In this document: one piece after another, positions 61,922-64,000 of the stretch | How positions within the stretch are numbered: the stretch's first letter is position 1 | Layout of the letters: the number at the start of each line of letters is the position of its first letter | Source: Pavona decussata | Lineage: Eukaryota | DNA: 64,000 nt | Assembly (NCBI GenBank): GCA_977016875.1 | Contig: CDRNST010000070.1 | Span: 496,001 to 560,000, forward strand | Direction of reading: 5' to 3' | Translations under genes and position numbers: made by a program | Notes under the pieces: model-generated | What the model was told of the DNA's origin: nothing | Seen by the model: the letters and a program-made list of their open reading frames with translations, nothing else | Databases searched by the model: none

Positions 61922-63855
61922 ATGAGGTAAGAAATAGATCAGTGATAATAAGTGTTAGAAATTCCATGAACGCTATACCAAACGTAGATTTTTATCTCTG
62001 ATTGTGTGAAGTATTATTTACAATAGCGTTGGTAACATTAAACGCGAGACTGACTTTGACAAACATGCTCCCCTCGGGCTTTGGGCCCCCTCAAATGAGC
62101 TTACGTTCTTTTTATATGTTTAGGTCGTTAAATAAATAAAACAAAATAAAATAAAATAGGGAGACATAAGGTGTTCCTGATAAAATTAAAAAACCTAGCA
62201 ACACATAACATATGCCGTTCAATTCGAACCTTTAACATCCATACCCCATAGGGGCTGGAATTCAAACAAGCCAATTGTCAAAAGTTCTAATGCCTGGGGG
62301 GTGGGGGTATCGGGGGGAGGGATGTTAACGTTTCAAGCTGATCAGCGTATAATTATCATCCACTGCATCCATCAGGAATCAGGGTCCTAAATAGGGAAGG
62401 GGGGGGGGGGGGGGGAGTGGGGATTTGGAGGGGGAGGGGGAATCCTTTGGAGCCCAGATCCAAAAATTTCACATGATGCTGATGCTGGTAAATGGAAACC
62501 TAAGACACTATTCATTTGGCCAAATTTTCAGTTCAACTGGTTGAAAGCAAATGGAAAGTACAGATCAAATGGAAATTTTCTGTCCAGAGCACATGAACAA
62601 CCTTCAGAGATGCTAAACGTTTCCCATTCCAACCAGTAAGAATGGAAATTACCATTCCATTTGTACAAAATTTCATTTCTACTTTGTTGCCATCATTGAA
62701 GTCTTTTTATCTACCAATTAGATTGCAAGTTTGGAATGAATGGAAAAAAGCCTTTCCATTTGACGCGGGAAAGTTTCTGGAATGTGCAGTTCCAGAAAAT
62801 ATCCATACTCCCCCACGGAAGGTTTTTTATTTTGCAACCCCCCCCCCCCCCCCCCATCCCCTTACGAAATTCCAGTTTAGCTTCATACTTTGGTTCTAAA
62901 AATTTGACTTTTAAGACCCCCCTCCCCCTGGGAATTTCCAATGACCTTCCATGGGGTAGGTATGGATTTTTCCTGGAACTGCACAATGTCCTTCTCTTAA
63001 TGCTTGTTCTGAACCATGAGGTATCATTAACAATGTTTGTCTTAGGCAACACTAGTTATCTTTGATTTTCATTTATACCAGTGAAAGGGGTCGTATTCTT
63101 GCACAGTTCAAGAGTGAACTTGGAGAACTGATAGGTACACCATTCGATCTTCCTCTTGACATCACACCTGATAAACTGGAATTAGTCTGCAATGCAGTGC
63201 TACAAAAGGTAATTATGAATTTCTGCTATGTGTAGGTGTTAATGAATTTTCTTCAAATAAATTCATTGACTCACCAAGCTAATTTGGATGTTAGAGATGT
63301 TTAATTTTTAGACTGTAATCATTCTTTAGGTCTACTCTATTGGGCAAAAAATGGCATAAGCAAAAAGACTTTCTCCTTATTTTTGTTCACATAGGTGGAA
63401 ATTCCCTTACTCATTCAGGCAGTCTTGTCACCTTTTTTCAAATTGGTTCAGTGAGTGACCAGACATATATTTCCTTGAAGAGACTGATTATTCAAAGGAG
63501 TTTATTATTCATAGTATGTTTTAGAGACAATTATTCTAAAAGATTTACCTAAATGATGGCTATTGTTTGAGAGGAAAAGGGTGGGATGGGGCGGTTATTT
63601 GAAACTCTCGAAAAAGCTCAAAATTAATGACTAATGCTCTGTGGTAAGTTGTCAACTTCTCTTGTTTTGTTGTTTTTGTTTAGGATGAAAGTGTACCATA
63701 CTCATTTTTCATCAATGAGTCAGAAATCACAGGAAGTCTCCAGGAAACTCTTGAGTCACAAACACTGGAGACAGAGAAGGTGGTGGAGATAGTGTACCAA
63801 CCCCAAGCTGTGTTTAAAGTTAGAGCAGTCACTAGATGCACAAGCACAATTCCTG
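61922..63855 (+). CDS. NLE1: Notchless homolog 1 (Rsa4), first three coding exons (61922-61926, 63082-63208, 63684-63855); continues beyond the window
   Basis: [59 protein letters not shown]...[28 protein letters not shown] is the NLE (UBL-like) domain leading into the first WD40 repeat; GT-AG introns with consistent phases. Confidence 0.93.
62781..62988. mobile_element. MITE in NLE1 intron 1
   Basis: TIRs tgtgcagttccagaaaatatccatactcccccacggaagg / ccttccatggggtaggtatggatttttcctggaactgcaca. Confidence 0.7.
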
Positions 63856-64000
63856 GTACGTATACCACTGTAATACAAATTTGTTCTTAGCATAGGAAAT
63901 TTTCCATTCAAACTCAGGAGTATTACTGGTAGTTTTATTTTTCTGTTAGCATTTAGTGTGTCTTGTTTGAGCATTTAGTTTGCGCCAAGTACTGCTATTC

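Overview
Eukaryotic, intron-rich, AT-rich animal DNA. The repeat landscape suggests a cnidarian, probably a stony coral (inference). Five conserved genes can be reconstructed by hand from GT-AG splice sites and protein similarity: the last two coding exons of BRAP (+, 4-653); a complete 39-exon PRPF8 (-, 29226-2455, 2325 aa, no intein); TMED2 (+, 29654-32497), head-to-head with PRPF8; MRPL18 (-, 61805-57849); and the first three exons of NLE1 (+, from 61922), head-to-head with MRPL18. Introns carry many MITEs, tRNA-derived SINE pieces, a ~105-bp satellite and a Penelope-type fold-back containing a minimal hammerhead ribozyme. Between TMED2 and MRPL18 lies a ~17-kb gene-free block (37455-54700). 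It has Helitron-like hairpin ends, a 70-bp minisatellite, a CpG-rich ~1.3-kb duplication, decayed ORFs and an assembly gap. The best novelty candidate is in this block: five copies of an unrecognised ~50-nt hairpin (50771-53075), four of them intact, with clear compensatory base-pair changes, minus-strand-specific G-U pairs and a G/GG internal loop invariant in the four intact copies, punctuating short, diverged, Lys/Arg-rich ORF units.
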